Under the pieces are notes generated by a model. It saw nothing but the letters and a program-made list of their open reading frames with translations. It did no database searches and was not told where the DNA came from. From positions 186,001 through 250,000 of IMG/VR virus record IMGVR_UViG_3300017917_003822: a stretch of DNA of 64,000 bases; one strand, 5' to 3'. The translations under genes and the position numbers were made by a program. Shown here one piece after another: positions 1 to 8,925 of the stretch (position 1 is the stretch's first letter; each line of letters starts with the position of its first letter).

Positions 1-1
1 A

Positions 2-328
2 AGCCTGGAAGAGCTTGGTGAATATTACGAAGCACAGGGGATCATCAAAAAACCGATTGCGATAACACCAAATCTTGGGGATTTTGATCCGGGCGCTAAT
101 GATCTATTCATGTGGAAAAGATGGCTGGAAAAAAAGAGAATCCTGGAGATTCAGGAGTACCTGGAAAGAAATCCTGATATAACTCACTGGGTTGCTGTGG
201 ATGATTTAAACATGAGCCCAGCATCAAACGGGGGATATGGTCTTGAGAATTTTGTACTGACACCCAGATCAACCGAGGGCATAAAACAACTAGGAATAAA
301 AGAATCAATAATTAAACACTTAAATTAA
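2..328 (+). CDS. HAD-like domain protein (RNA-repair-associated HAD family), 5' truncated by window edge
   Basis: Frame open from nt 2 (SLEELGEYYEAQGIIKKP...); EI..YL...WVAVDD motif. Confidence 0.5.
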   Translation, partial: SLEELGEYYEAQGIIKKPIAITPNLGDFDPGANDLFMWKRWLEKKRILEIQEYLERNPDITHWVAVDDLNMSPASNGGYGLENFVLTPRSTEGIKQLGIKESIIKHLN

Positions 329-334
329 AGAATT

Positions 335-1090
335 ATGTTTACATTTTTTAAAAAATTATTTAGAAAGAGATCTTTAGCAGAAAGGGAACAAGCACACCTT
401 TTTGGTAATTCTTCTACCTCCGATGGGTTGGATAGATCTTTCCTTTTTGATTTTAAAAACTATCAATCAGGTTACAGAGATAATAGCAATATTACGGTGG
501 GCACTTTTCTAATGAGCGGCAGCACTACAGGTGGCGATAACGATAGTAACGACGTGAAGAAAGAGACCAAGAGAAAAATAGAGGTTAAACCAATAGATGT
601 TCTGAATGAGTTGGAAACTATTCCGACCCCTTGGAATCTGTCCAATCTGGATGACAAGATCTCTATACTGGAATATAAAAGGGATCTAATTACACAGAAG
701 TACTCAAGAAGAGAGGTTGAAGCGATGATAGAGCGTCTGCAGAACAGAAAAAAATGGCATAAATTTAAAGACTTCTTCACAGGATTCCAAAACACAACCG
801 ACGAAAAGATCGAGGATCTGTTGGACAAATACGATCTTGTAATGAAAACATCGGATCTTTTTGTACCAGAGTTTCCTGACGAGGCCATAAATATCATGAA
901 GAGCTACAGTGACAATATGATGAAGCTTTGTAAAAAGAAACCAGTTTTCTATGTCATAGCAGAACCAGATAAATTCAAAAAAGCCTGGGAGAAAAGAGAT
1001 CCAATCTTGCTGGTGCAAAGTCCATTTGGGTTCTATTGGCAGATACTTGGTGCATGGGATAAGGAAATGATACTTTTGGGTGAACTATAA
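335..1090 (+). CDS. hypothetical protein
   Basis: 251 aa ORF coupled to the next gene. Confidence 0.8.
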   Translation: MFTFFKKLFRKRSLAEREQAHLFGNSSTSDGLDRSFLFDFKNYQSGYRDNSNITVGTFLMSGSTTGGDNDSNDVKKETKRKIEVKPIDVLNELETIPTPWNLSNLDDKISILEYKRDLITQKYSRREVEAMIERLQNRKKWHKFKDFFTGFQNTTDEKIEDLLDKYDLVMKTSDLFVPEFPDEAINIMKSYSDNMMKLCKKKPVFYVIAEPDKFKKAWEKRDPILLVQSPFGFYWQILGAWDKEMILLGEL

Positions 1091-1596
1091 TGAAGAATCA
1101 ATTTGATGATGCATTCTACCCTCTAATATGGGCACACGTACAACAATATCAAAGGTGCGTCAGTGAATACGGGGGGAAGGAAAGAATAACAAAAAAGGTC
1201 AAGGAGTCATTAAACTCGTGTGTTCAGAAATGGTCAGATTTACCAGCAACAATGGCTTCCTCCAGCGTTATTGAATTCTTTAATTCAAAATTTCCTCATC
1301 TCGATCCTGCCAAGATAACGTGGCACCAGAAATACCTTGTTGGCAGAGATGATAAAAAGAGAGGGATGATAGTGTGGGAACACACAACCCCATTAAATAT
1401 ACTTCTCAAGGAACTGATAACAAAGAAAAATCAGAGGGAGATAAATGAATGTATGAATTCATATTCGGGGGTTTGTTTAATTACCAGGGAGGAGGATGAT
1501 AGGTTAAATGCTAGTGGATTTAGATGTGTAAGGCCTGGAGGCTGGGAAAAATGCTACAGTGATTGTGGGATTGAAGTCATCAAGTTGGATATATAA
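1090..1596 (+). CDS. hypothetical protein (EHxxP...ITxEED motif)
   Basis: 168 aa ORF, TAATG overlap. Confidence 0.75.
   Translation: MKNQFDDAFYPLIWAHVQQYQRCVSEYGGKERITKKVKESLNSCVQKWSDLPATMASSSVIEFFNSKFPHLDPAKITWHQKYLVGRDDKKRGMIVWEHTTPLNILLKELITKKNQREINECMNSYSGVCLITREEDDRLNASGFRCVRPGGWEKCYSDCGIEVIKLDI
1588..1595 (+). promoter_or_regulatory. putative late promoter RATATATA
   Basis: GATATATA, 21 nt before ATG 1617. Confidence 0.55.
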
Positions 1597-1616
1597 TGTA
1601 AATAAAAGATCATAAG

Positions 1617-1988
1617 ATGGAACACATTTTACCATACGAAGCAATCAACGAAGGTGCAGCAGCACTCCCAGCGATGCCTTCTTTTCTCAAATCAGCTGGA
1701 GCTAAACCTACATATGTTCAATACGGAGGTCCGAGAAAAACAAATCAACCACCAAATGCCTGGGAACTAAGGGTACCAGCACCATCCGGGGTTAGCAAGG
1801 AAGAATGGGTAATTACTTTCTTTCCGGACGGATCTTTTAACACAGGGGCAGGATCACAAAAGAATTTTTTAAGAAGTAGCGGTGAATGGAAAGCTGATGC
1901 ATCATCGGATTTTATTTTCGGAACTAAAGCTATCAAGGGGGTTTCTATGAAATTCAACTCGTATATGAGATTGACTCCACTAAATTAA
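1617..1988 (+). CDS. hypothetical, putative virion protein with CTS-like N-terminus
   Basis: MEHILPYEAINE; preceded by late motif. Confidence 0.7.
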   Translation: MEHILPYEAINEGAAALPAMPSFLKSAGAKPTYVQYGGPRKTNQPPNAWELRVPAPSGVSKEEWVITFFPDGSFNTGAGSQKNFLRSSGEWKADASSDFIFGTKAIKGVSMKFNSYMRLTPLN

Positions 1989-2007
1989 GAGGCTAATCAT
2001 AAGATCT

Positions 2008-2043
2008 AAAAGGCAGAGTAATAAATTACCCTGCCTTTTTTTA
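2008..2043 (+). terminator. intrinsic terminator
   Basis: AAAAGGCAG...CTGCCTTTTTTT hairpin plus T-tract. Confidence 0.7.
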
Positions 2044-2045
2044 TT

Positions 2046-2053
2046 GATATATA
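2046..2053 (+). promoter_or_regulatory. putative late promoter RATATATA
   Basis: GATATATA, 22 nt before GTG 2076. Confidence 0.55.
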
Positions 2054-2075
2054 CTAAGACAAAAAGATAAATTTA

Positions 2076-3212
2076 GTGAGCACATCTAGACCATTTGCAT
2101 ACAATCCAGGAACAGGGATAACAGGAACCATTCAGGTAGGGAACTTGGCAGTTGGGTATCCGACGGCTGGATTTGCTGCAACTGGATTGGAGTGGTGGAA
2201 TGGTCCGGATGAGGATCTTGGATACGTGATTGCACAGTCAGTTCCCGATGATAGCCAACCAACTCCTCTACCGGAGACAGCTTCAGTTGGATTCTTTAGG
2301 TCCGACGATCTATCGGACCCTTCATTCATTAGTCTATCTAACGTTATAGCTGGGCTTTCTGGTGCTGGTCCATTTCTCTCAGCATCAAGCGCAAAATCTT
2401 GGTTGAATTCAAATGGATACTGGACATCATATCCGGAGATAACGACAACTACAACAACCACTTTGCCGCCAACGACAACCACGAGCACCACAACGACAAC
2501 AAGTACAACCAGTACCACTACAATAGCTCCTGGTATAGTTACTGATAATTTATTCATGAAGCTTGATGCTAGCAATTACACATCAGGAACTTGGAACGAT
2601 GAGACAGGAAATGGTAATAATGCAACCATAAATGGGGCAACTTGGCAATCAACGGATGGCGGTATCTTTGATTTTGATGGATCCAATGACACCATAAGTA
2701 TACCGGACAACTCAAGTTTAAGATTAAGCACGACGACACAAAAAACGATCCAAGTGTGGGTTAAATTTGATGCTTTAGGTGGATTAAATCAACAAATCCC
2801 AGTATTCGGTAAATTATCATCCTCCTTTAATTTTGATGGTTATTGGGGAGGTCTTTTTTCAAATGCGGGTGCTATTAGATGTGTTACGAACGGAGCAGCA
2901 GTTCAGAAAATCAGCAACTCCATATTAACGGTTAACATAAACACCTGGTATCTCTTTACGTTTATATCTCAAATAACATTCGTCTCAAATACGACCAAGG
3001 TCTATATCAACGAAACTGAGTACATAACAGCTTCTCATGGAAATGACACTTATAACGAGTCTAATCCGCTCTATCTAGGTTGGATAGGATCCGGAGTAGG
3101 TTCACTATATCTAAATGGTAAAATTGGTGCATGTTATTTCTATACTAAGGGTCTTTCAACAGCGGAGATAAGCACTAACTTTAATGCAACAAAATCTAAA
3201 TACGGATTATAA
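2076..3212 (+). CDS. fibre/decoration-like protein: conserved N-domain, Thr-rich linker, LamG (ConA-like) domain
   Basis: LDASNY..W.D.TGNGN.AT...FDFDGSND LamG signature; poly-Thr linker; N-domain paralogous to 7262..8197. Confidence 0.75.
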   Translation: MSTSRPFAYNPGTGITGTIQVGNLAVGYPTAGFAATGLEWWNGPDEDLGYVIAQSVPDDSQPTPLPETASVGFFRSDDLSDPSFISLSNVIAGLSGAGPFLSASSAKSWLNSNGYWTSYPEITTTTTTTLPPTTTTSTTTTTSTTSTTTIAPGIVTDNLFMKLDASNYTSGTWNDETGNGNNATINGATWQSTDGGIFDFDGSNDTISIPDNSSLRLSTTTQKTIQVWVKFDALGGLNQQIPVFGKLSSSFNFDGYWGGLFSNAGAIRCVTNGAAVQKISNSILTVNINTWYLFTFISQITFVSNTTKVYINETEYITASHGNDTYNESNPLYLGWIGSGVGSLYLNGKIGACYFYTKGLSTAEISTNFNATKSKYGL

Positions 3213-3215
3213 GAA

Positions 3216-4889
3216 ATGAGTAACACTATAAAATATGATGCATCATCGGTAATCGGAAATTCCATAAAATCTGGGAATTTTAATATCGGTGTAAATAATA
3301 CACCAGTTGATCTGTCTGGATTTTATAATGGCATTTCACCAATTATTGGAGGTTATACGATTTATATCAATAAAGCTGAAAATGGACCATCAATCTACGC
3401 TCCCAAGAACGATACCGAATTGATTGACATCGCTAATAAATTGGGTGCAGGGGTATCTACCACAGCAGATGCCCTCAATTGGATAAGATCACAATCAAAT
3501 ATGACGGTCCTGAATTCTAATTACCCCCAGATTGTAACGAATGGTCTAGCTTTAAACTTGGATGCCGGATTTGTATCTTCCTATCCAAAAACAGGAACTA
3601 CGTGGACCGATCTGAGCGGGAATGGAATTAATGGAACTTTAGTTAATGGGCCAACTTTTGATTCGTCAAATTATGGAAGTATTGTATTTGACGGTGTTAA
3701 TGATGTTAGTACATTACCAATAAATACTTTTACTAGCGGGTCACCACAAAACGGTACATTTATACTCAAACTTAAAACTCCTCCATTTGATACCACAGCT
3801 CAAGTTATTTTTTTTAGAGACGGTGGTTCAACCGGAAATCTTATTTATTTTTATAGGAATGCTGGTTGGGCAACCAACACTTATGCTTGGTTAATTTATT
3901 CTAATGCCGGTGCGAATATTTTATATGATGTTTATCTTCCCGATCAATGGTATGAAACCGCGTTAACTTTTGATAGCCAGGGAAATGTGAAAACTTATAT
4001 TGATGGAGTATTAAGAGATTCGGAAGTTTGGGATGCTGGTGCAACGTCTTGGAATAGAAGTGGTAGTATTTTACCAAATTTAAGATGTTCGTCCCCAGGT
4101 GGTCCGGGAAATATCCAACGATTTATGTATTATACTAGGGCTTTAAGTGCTAGTGAAATTTTACAAAACTATAACGCAGGCCTCCAAAGATTTATACCAA
4201 CAGATGGATTAGTTCTTTCATTAGATGCTCAAAACACCAATCTTTATGCTACCTCACCAACAACCGCGTATGATGTTAGTGGGAATGATAATAATGGGAC
4301 TTTAATAAATGGGACTCAATATGTTGCTGATGGAGATGGTAGTTGGAGATTTGATGGTGTTGACGATCAAATTACAAATATCGGCACCCTCCCGACATTT
4401 TCATTCATTCAAAACACTGGTATATTTACAATTTGTGCTTGGGTTAGGTTAACTGATTTATCGGCTCCAAGCTATTTTTTGGGTAATAACGACGGAACCG
4501 CATCCAGTAAAGGTTTTTATTTGGGATATCAGGGGTCCAGTGGTAGACTTTGGTTATCAATAACATATGGAGTTGGTGGTCAGGCTACGCTAAATTTACA
4601 AAGAACCAATTTCTTTTTGGATGATAATTGGGTGTTTGTTACTGCGGTTGGAAATGGAACAACCTGTCAATTTTACAGAAACGGACAGACATTTTCGACT
4701 TCCGGAACATTTGGGACTTTCTCAACGGGAGATAGCACAAGAACTCTAGGTCTTGGAAGAATAAACAATTTCAATGGTAGTTATTGGGAAGGTAATGTTT
4801 CACAAACTCAAATTTACAATCGAGCTCTCACTCAAAATGAAATAACAACAATATACAACGCAACAAAATCAAGATATGGAATACAGTAA
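3216..4889 (+). CDS. virion protein with two tandem LamG domains
   Basis: Two LDA...D.SGN..NGTL.NG...FDGV.D...Y.RAL repeats. Confidence 0.75.
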   Translation: MSNTIKYDASSVIGNSIKSGNFNIGVNNTPVDLSGFYNGISPIIGGYTIYINKAENGPSIYAPKNDTELIDIANKLGAGVSTTADALNWIRSQSNMTVLNSNYPQIVTNGLALNLDAGFVSSYPKTGTTWTDLSGNGINGTLVNGPTFDSSNYGSIVFDGVNDVSTLPINTFTSGSPQNGTFILKLKTPPFDTTAQVIFFRDGGSTGNLIYFYRNAGWATNTYAWLIYSNAGANILYDVYLPDQWYETALTFDSQGNVKTYIDGVLRDSEVWDAGATSWNRSGSILPNLRCSSPGGPGNIQRFMYYTRALSASEILQNYNAGLQRFIPTDGLVLSLDAQNTNLYATSPTTAYDVSGNDNNGTLINGTQYVADGDGSWRFDGVDDQITNIGTLPTFSFIQNTGIFTICAWVRLTDLSAPSYFLGNNDGTASSKGFYLGYQGSSGRLWLSITYGVGGQATLNLQRTNFFLDDNWVFVTAVGNGTTCQFYRNGQTFSTSGTFGTFSTGDSTRTLGLGRINNFNGSYWEGNVSQTQIYNRALTQNEITTIYNATKSRYGIQ

Positions 4890-5130
4890 TAGAGAATTTA
4901 TGATTTTTAATGTTAGCGAGCTATCTAACATTAATTTTGATGAGGTTTTAGAAACCTCCGCAGAAACCGTTAGAAAATCGGTGGACGGGACAAAAACTTT
5001 TGTTAAGTGGGATGGGGAAACAATACCTTCATCGGTTCAATCTTTATCAACCAAAGAAGGACCGTATACCTACACCGAAATATTACAAATACTCTCAACA
5101 CCAGAATGGACTGAGCCAATTACAGAATAA
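4876..5130 (+). CDS. small protein accompanying LamG genes (chaperone-like)
   Basis: 84 aa ORF overlapping the LamG gene end. Confidence 0.65.
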   Translation: MEYSNREFMIFNVSELSNINFDEVLETSAETVRKSVDGTKTFVKWDGETIPSSVQSLSTKEGPYTYTEILQILSTPEWTEPITE

Positions 5131-5147
5131 AAGGATTCATAAATCTG

Positions 5148-5155
5148 GATATATA
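5148..5155 (+). promoter_or_regulatory. putative late promoter RATATATA
   Basis: GATATATA, 4 nt before ATG. Confidence 0.6.
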
Positions 5156-5159
5156 AGTC

Positions 5160-6569
5160 ATGAGAAAAAACATACACGACTTTAGCTCTTTTGCTAAGAT
5201 TTATGAAGCTGGAAATGATATTAATCTTATCATCGGAGATTCGATCACACCAATCATTCTTAAAAATTCCAAGTCTCTTGATATTTTAGGAAATGCAGGT
5301 TCGGAAAGAACCCTTTGGAAACCCGGTATGGGTGTTAAGTGGTTGAAGGAAGCCGTTTCTAGATACCCAGTTACTCCAAATGTTAAAAATCTAGTAATCA
5401 ATATCGGAACCAATGGAGCTTTTAATCCAAAGGACGATATTAAAGGCCTAATTCAGGAGGTCAGAAGAGCATTTCCTTCGGCAAGATTATTCGTTGTTCA
5501 GGGATCTTGGGGATGGGGATATAATAAAAATGTAACTCCAGAAAAAGTTAAAACCTATTACGAGAGATTTAGAAATGAGGGGGTGAATGTGATAGATCCG
5601 CCAATCGGAAATGTCAAAGATCCACATACAGATCTTCCAATCTACCAAGAAATAGGGAATGCTATAGACAGAGCAATCTCATTGGGCTTACAGAGAGTTT
5701 CGCCGGAGGAAACCACTTCAGCAGATCAGTCTAAAACACAGGCTACTGGAACAATTATTAGCAGATCAGGGGATCCTTACAAATATAAGGTTGAAAATGA
5801 TCACTGGTTAGCAAAAAGAGAAGATCATTCCAGATGGTATGAAATAACAGGAAAGGATTTTAAACCAGCATACCAGGTTTCAATAGATATCCTGGACAGT
5901 GAAAACCCAAACCTTAGAACACTAGAAGCACCAAAGAGATCTAAAAAACCAGACACCGAGGGTGGTCCAGCAACCACTATTCTTCCTGTTGAGAAGGGAT
6001 CAGATCCGCAAAAGTTAGATCCGGAAGTATCTGAAAAATACAATTTTCATTTAATCCCAGATAACAAGGGAACAAATTACAGATCTGCACAATTTCCGCT
6101 CGAAATAATGAAACAGATGTATCCCAAGTACTCTATAAAGAATGTTATCAGACTTAACGGGGAAGGTAAAGATGGAAGACATCTTAAATCCGATCAATCA
6201 GTTTCTATTGCTGATGAAAGAAAGGTATGTCAGGAAATTGGATGTAACTTCTATGATCTATCAGCAAAAACGGATCAGGATCAGATTAATGAAATACTGT
6301 CGAAGGGTAACACTTTGATACATTGTGCTCATGGGGCAGATAGAACTGGTGGAAATGTTGCTTCGTATTTATATACAAAGAAACCAAATCCAAAATTAAC
6401 CACAACGGAGGAACTTTGGAAGTACACGACACAATATAATGACTGGAATTCATTAGCAATTAAAAAACCAAACACCTTCACTGAGGATGTTTATTTGGAG
6501 CAGGCTAAAAAATTCGGAGTTAGAGATCTGGAGCACGCTCAGGATCTAGCAAAAAAGTATAAACAATAA
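5160..6569 (+). CDS. SGNH/GDSL-like hydrolase fused to Cys-dependent (CX5R) phosphatase
   Basis: IIGDSI, NIGTNG, DPH in the N-half; HCAHGADRTG P-loop in the C-half. Confidence 0.65.
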   Translation: MRKNIHDFSSFAKIYEAGNDINLIIGDSITPIILKNSKSLDILGNAGSERTLWKPGMGVKWLKEAVSRYPVTPNVKNLVINIGTNGAFNPKDDIKGLIQEVRRAFPSARLFVVQGSWGWGYNKNVTPEKVKTYYERFRNEGVNVIDPPIGNVKDPHTDLPIYQEIGNAIDRAISLGLQRVSPEETTSADQSKTQATGTIISRSGDPYKYKVENDHWLAKREDHSRWYEITGKDFKPAYQVSIDILDSENPNLRTLEAPKRSKKPDTEGGPATTILPVEKGSDPQKLDPEVSEKYNFHLIPDNKGTNYRSAQFPLEIMKQMYPKYSIKNVIRLNGEGKDGRHLKSDQSVSIADERKVCQEIGCNFYDLSAKTDQDQINEILSKGNTLIHCAHGADRTGGNVASYLYTKKPNPKLTTTEELWKYTTQYNDWNSLAIKKPNTFTEDVYLEQAKKFGVRDLEHAQDLAKKYKQ

Positions 6570-6581
6570 AAAACAAATAAC

Positions 6582-6869
6582 ATGACAAAGAAAGTAGAAT
6601 TAATTGATTTTTATGCTGATTGGTGTGCGCCATGCAAAATGTTGTCGCCAACAATAGATTCATTGATGAATGAGTATAATGGAGATGAATCTGAGGTTGA
6701 CATCAAAAAATGCAATGTTGATCAGGATGCTGATTTAGCATCTAAATTTGGAGTTAGATCAATACCAACCCTAGTTTTTCTTAAAGATGGCGAGGAGGTA
6801 GGAAGATTGGTAGGGGTACAAAGTAAGGATGCGTTAACAAATAAGATTAACGAGTTGCTAAGCGCATAA
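6582..6869 (+). CDS. trxA: thioredoxin
   Basis: DFYADWCAPCK, VRSIPT. Confidence 0.92.
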   Translation: MTKKVELIDFYADWCAPCKMLSPTIDSLMNEYNGDESEVDIKKCNVDQDADLASKFGVRSIPTLVFLKDGEEVGRLVGVQSKDALTNKINELLSA

Positions 6870-6885
6870 TACATCACCAAATAAC

Positions 6886-6923
6886 AAAAAAAAAAACACA
6901 GAACTTTATCTGTGTTTTTTTTT
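6886..6923. terminator. bidirectional terminator
   Basis: A-tract-CACAGA/TCTGTG-T-tract between convergent genes. Confidence 0.75.
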
Positions 6924-6938
6924 GTTTTCTATTTCTCC

Positions 6939-7082
6939 TTATCTACCCTGACCTCTATAAGCTTTAACGTAGTTTTTGGAATTTTTATTCTTTGACGTTT
7001 TGCTCTTAGCATTTCTCTTGCAAGATTTCTTTTTAACCGGTTTGAATGTTTTGTCTGATGTACCCGACTTAGTTTTTGCCAT
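6939..7082 (-). CDS. small basic protein ending YRGQGR (not in ORF track)
   Basis: Manual translation MAKTKSGTSDKTFKPVKKKSCKRNAKSKTSKNKNSKNYVKAYRGQGR. Confidence 0.7.
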   Translation of the reverse strand: MAKTKSGTSDKTFKPVKKKSCKRNAKSKTSKNKNSKNYVKAYRGQGR

Positions 7083-7110
7083 TTTTTAAGTTAATATTAT
7101 TTTTATTTGG

Positions 7111-7260
7111 TTATGTATTGGGAGAATCTTCCCATATTATTATGTATTTAGCTGCATTCCCATTTTCATTTATCCATTCGCATGCCTGGTCAGATGTACT
7201 AAACTCAATACCAGGAACCTTTAGTGGTGGATTTTGCTCTATGTCTATTATATAATACAT
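7111..7260 (-). CDS. small hypothetical protein (not in ORF track)
   Basis: MYYIIDIEQNPPLKVPGIEF... 49 aa, directly after the fibre gene. Confidence 0.6.
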   Translation of the reverse strand: MYYIIDIEQNPPLKVPGIEFSTSDQACEWINENGNAAKYIIIWEDSPNT

Positions 7261-7261
7261 C

Positions 7262-8197
7262 TTAGTAGAATGATACTGTTATTGTTTGAGTTGATGAATT
7301 ACACGAAGGACCGTTTAATCCTCCCCAGTTAGAATTTTTAATCATAGGTCTGACTGTATATCTACCAGCTCCTCCACAAGCACAGATGCTGTCGTTTGTT
7401 AAGTAAATGGAATTTGCATCGGCGGTACCAGCAACACATCCCTGAACTACTCTCCAAGTATTACTACCTATCACGGTAGAAAAACTTGTTCCGATTGTTG
7501 CTGTTCTTAAAGCATTTGCTATGTCCTGTACTTTGGTTGGATCAGTAACCGTAATTGAAGCTCCTAAATTATTGGATATAGCCATCGTGGTATAAGTGCC
7601 AGTTAGTGATGCTCTAAAAGAGGTCCATGCATTCTCTATGGCTGTTCCCGGAGATTGACCTCCGATGAAAGTTTGAGAAAAGGATCCCGGAGGTACAGGC
7701 ATAGCTGTTGTAGTGGTGCTTGTGCTCGTGGTTGTCGTAGTGGTTGGAGCTATTGTTGTTGTACTAGTTGTTGTACTAGTTGTGGTGGTTGGCGGTAATG
7801 TTGTCGTTGTGGTTGTACTAGTTGTCGTGGTGGTTGTTGTCGTTTCTGGATATGATGTCCAATACCCATTGGTGTTTAGCCAATCTTTAGCATCGCTTGC
7901 ACTAGAAAACGTCTGATTAAAAAGACCGTTACAAAGATCTATAAAACTCTGATCAGACTTAACATCGGATCTCCAGAATCCTATTGTTGGTCCAGGTACT
8001 ATCACAGTTCCCTTACCTGCCGTTCTATCTCCAGATACATGACATATAATATAACCAGGATCCTCATCCGGTCCATTCCACCATTTAACTCCCCCACCAT
8101 AATCTGCAGGTTCACTTCCAACTGCTATGTAACCAATCTGGGAGGTTCCAGTGATTCCAGTCCCGTCATTATAAGCAAAAGATCTAGTTGTTGCCAA
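7262..8197 (-). CDS. fibre/decoration-like protein: conserved N-domain, Thr-rich linker, Cys-containing C-domain
   Basis: Paralogue of 2076 N-domain (FAYN.GTGITGT, WWNGPDED.GY, WLN.NGYWTSYPE); TTG start at 8197 aligns with the paralogue start. Confidence 0.7.
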   Translation of the reverse strand: MATTRSFAYNDGTGITGTSQIGYIAVGSEPADYGGGVKWWNGPDEDPGYIICHVSGDRTAGKGTVIVPGPTIGFWRSDVKSDQSFIDLCNGLFNQTFSSASDAKDWLNTNGYWTSYPETTTTTTTTSTTTTTTLPPTTTTSTTTSTTTIAPTTTTTTSTSTTTTAMPVPPGSFSQTFIGGQSPGTAIENAWTSFRASLTGTYTTMAISNNLGASITVTDPTKVQDIANALRTATIGTSFSTVIGSNTWRVVQGCVAGTADANSIYLTNDSICACGGAGRYTVRPMIKNSNWGGLNGPSCNSSTQTITVSFY

Positions 8198-8223
8198 TTT
8201 TTTTAAACCACTTAGTTTGATTT

Positions 8224-8231
8224 TATATATC
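8224..8231 (-). promoter_or_regulatory. putative late promoter RATATATA
   Basis: GATATATA on minus strand upstream of 8197. Confidence 0.5.
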
Positions 8232-8247
8232 ACATTGGGGCCAAAAT

Positions 8248-8276
8248 AAAAAGGTTCAGTTTTACCTGAACCTTTT
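8248..8276 (-). terminator. intrinsic terminator
   Basis: AAAAGGTTCAG/CTGAACCTTTT inverted repeat. Confidence 0.7.
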
Positions 8277-8300
8277 AAAATTTTCTAATTAAATTTAATC

Positions 8301-8897
8301 TTAAGCCTTGATATCATTGGATTCGATTAGAGTATACGTAAACGACTTCCCATGGATAGCAGCTGCTTTTCTACAGATTGCCATAAACGCTTCAAAATCT
8401 GCAGCTTTCTTAAATACCTGGCATCCCTCAGACCAGTTTTCTACGTATGTAGAATCTGCTCCTGCTTTGTGAATGTTGATTCCGAAAATACCTTCTTGAA
8501 TTTTGCTTTCCTCGAATAACATGTCTCTGTTGGCATCTCTGTAAACCTTAACAGGCTTCTGTTGTTTAAGTGCCTCATATTTACCTTGGTGAAGTCCAAG
8601 AGTGTGCGAACCTCTGTATTGTCCTTCCACTAATCTAGCAACACCTGCTGCATTGTGATATTCCATAACTCCCTTTTTACCAGGATCTGTTGTTGCTGGC
8701 CAGCAGTGGAATTTCCAGTCACCATCAACCTTATATGATAAGGTAAGACAATCATCAAATAAATTCGTAACCTTCTGACCGGTTGAGGAATTTCTAACTC
8801 CTACTATATTAACGTCATAATCTTTCTCTCCTTCAAACCAAACGTAACCTTTTGATTTAACGGCATTTTCTACTTGTTCTCTTGTGTAACAACTCAT
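8301..8897 (-). CDS. putative peptidoglycan peptidase, L,D-transpeptidase (YkuD)-like motif
   Basis: GINIH...WSEGCQV resembles the HxxxSxGC motif; downstream of endolysin. Confidence 0.45.
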   Translation of the reverse strand: MSCYTREQVENAVKSKGYVWFEGEKDYDVNIVGVRNSSTGQKVTNLFDDCLTLSYKVDGDWKFHCWPATTDPGKKGVMEYHNAAGVARLVEGQYRGSHTLGLHQGKYEALKQQKPVKVYRDANRDMLFEESKIQEGIFGINIHKAGADSTYVENWSEGCQVFKKAADFEAFMAICRKAAAIHGKSFTYTLIESNDIKA

Positions 8898-8925
8898 AAC
8901 TTTTTTCTAATTTTATTTTTCTAAT

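Noticed and set aside
2132-2575. Val-rich antisense ORFs (also 7713..7916)
   Set aside because: Shadows of the poly-Thr codons on the opposite strand.
2076-4889. Diversity-generating retroelement acting on the LamG domains
   Set aside because: No reverse transcriptase in the window and no near-identical TR/VR pair with adenine-specific differences; the similarity is old paralogy.
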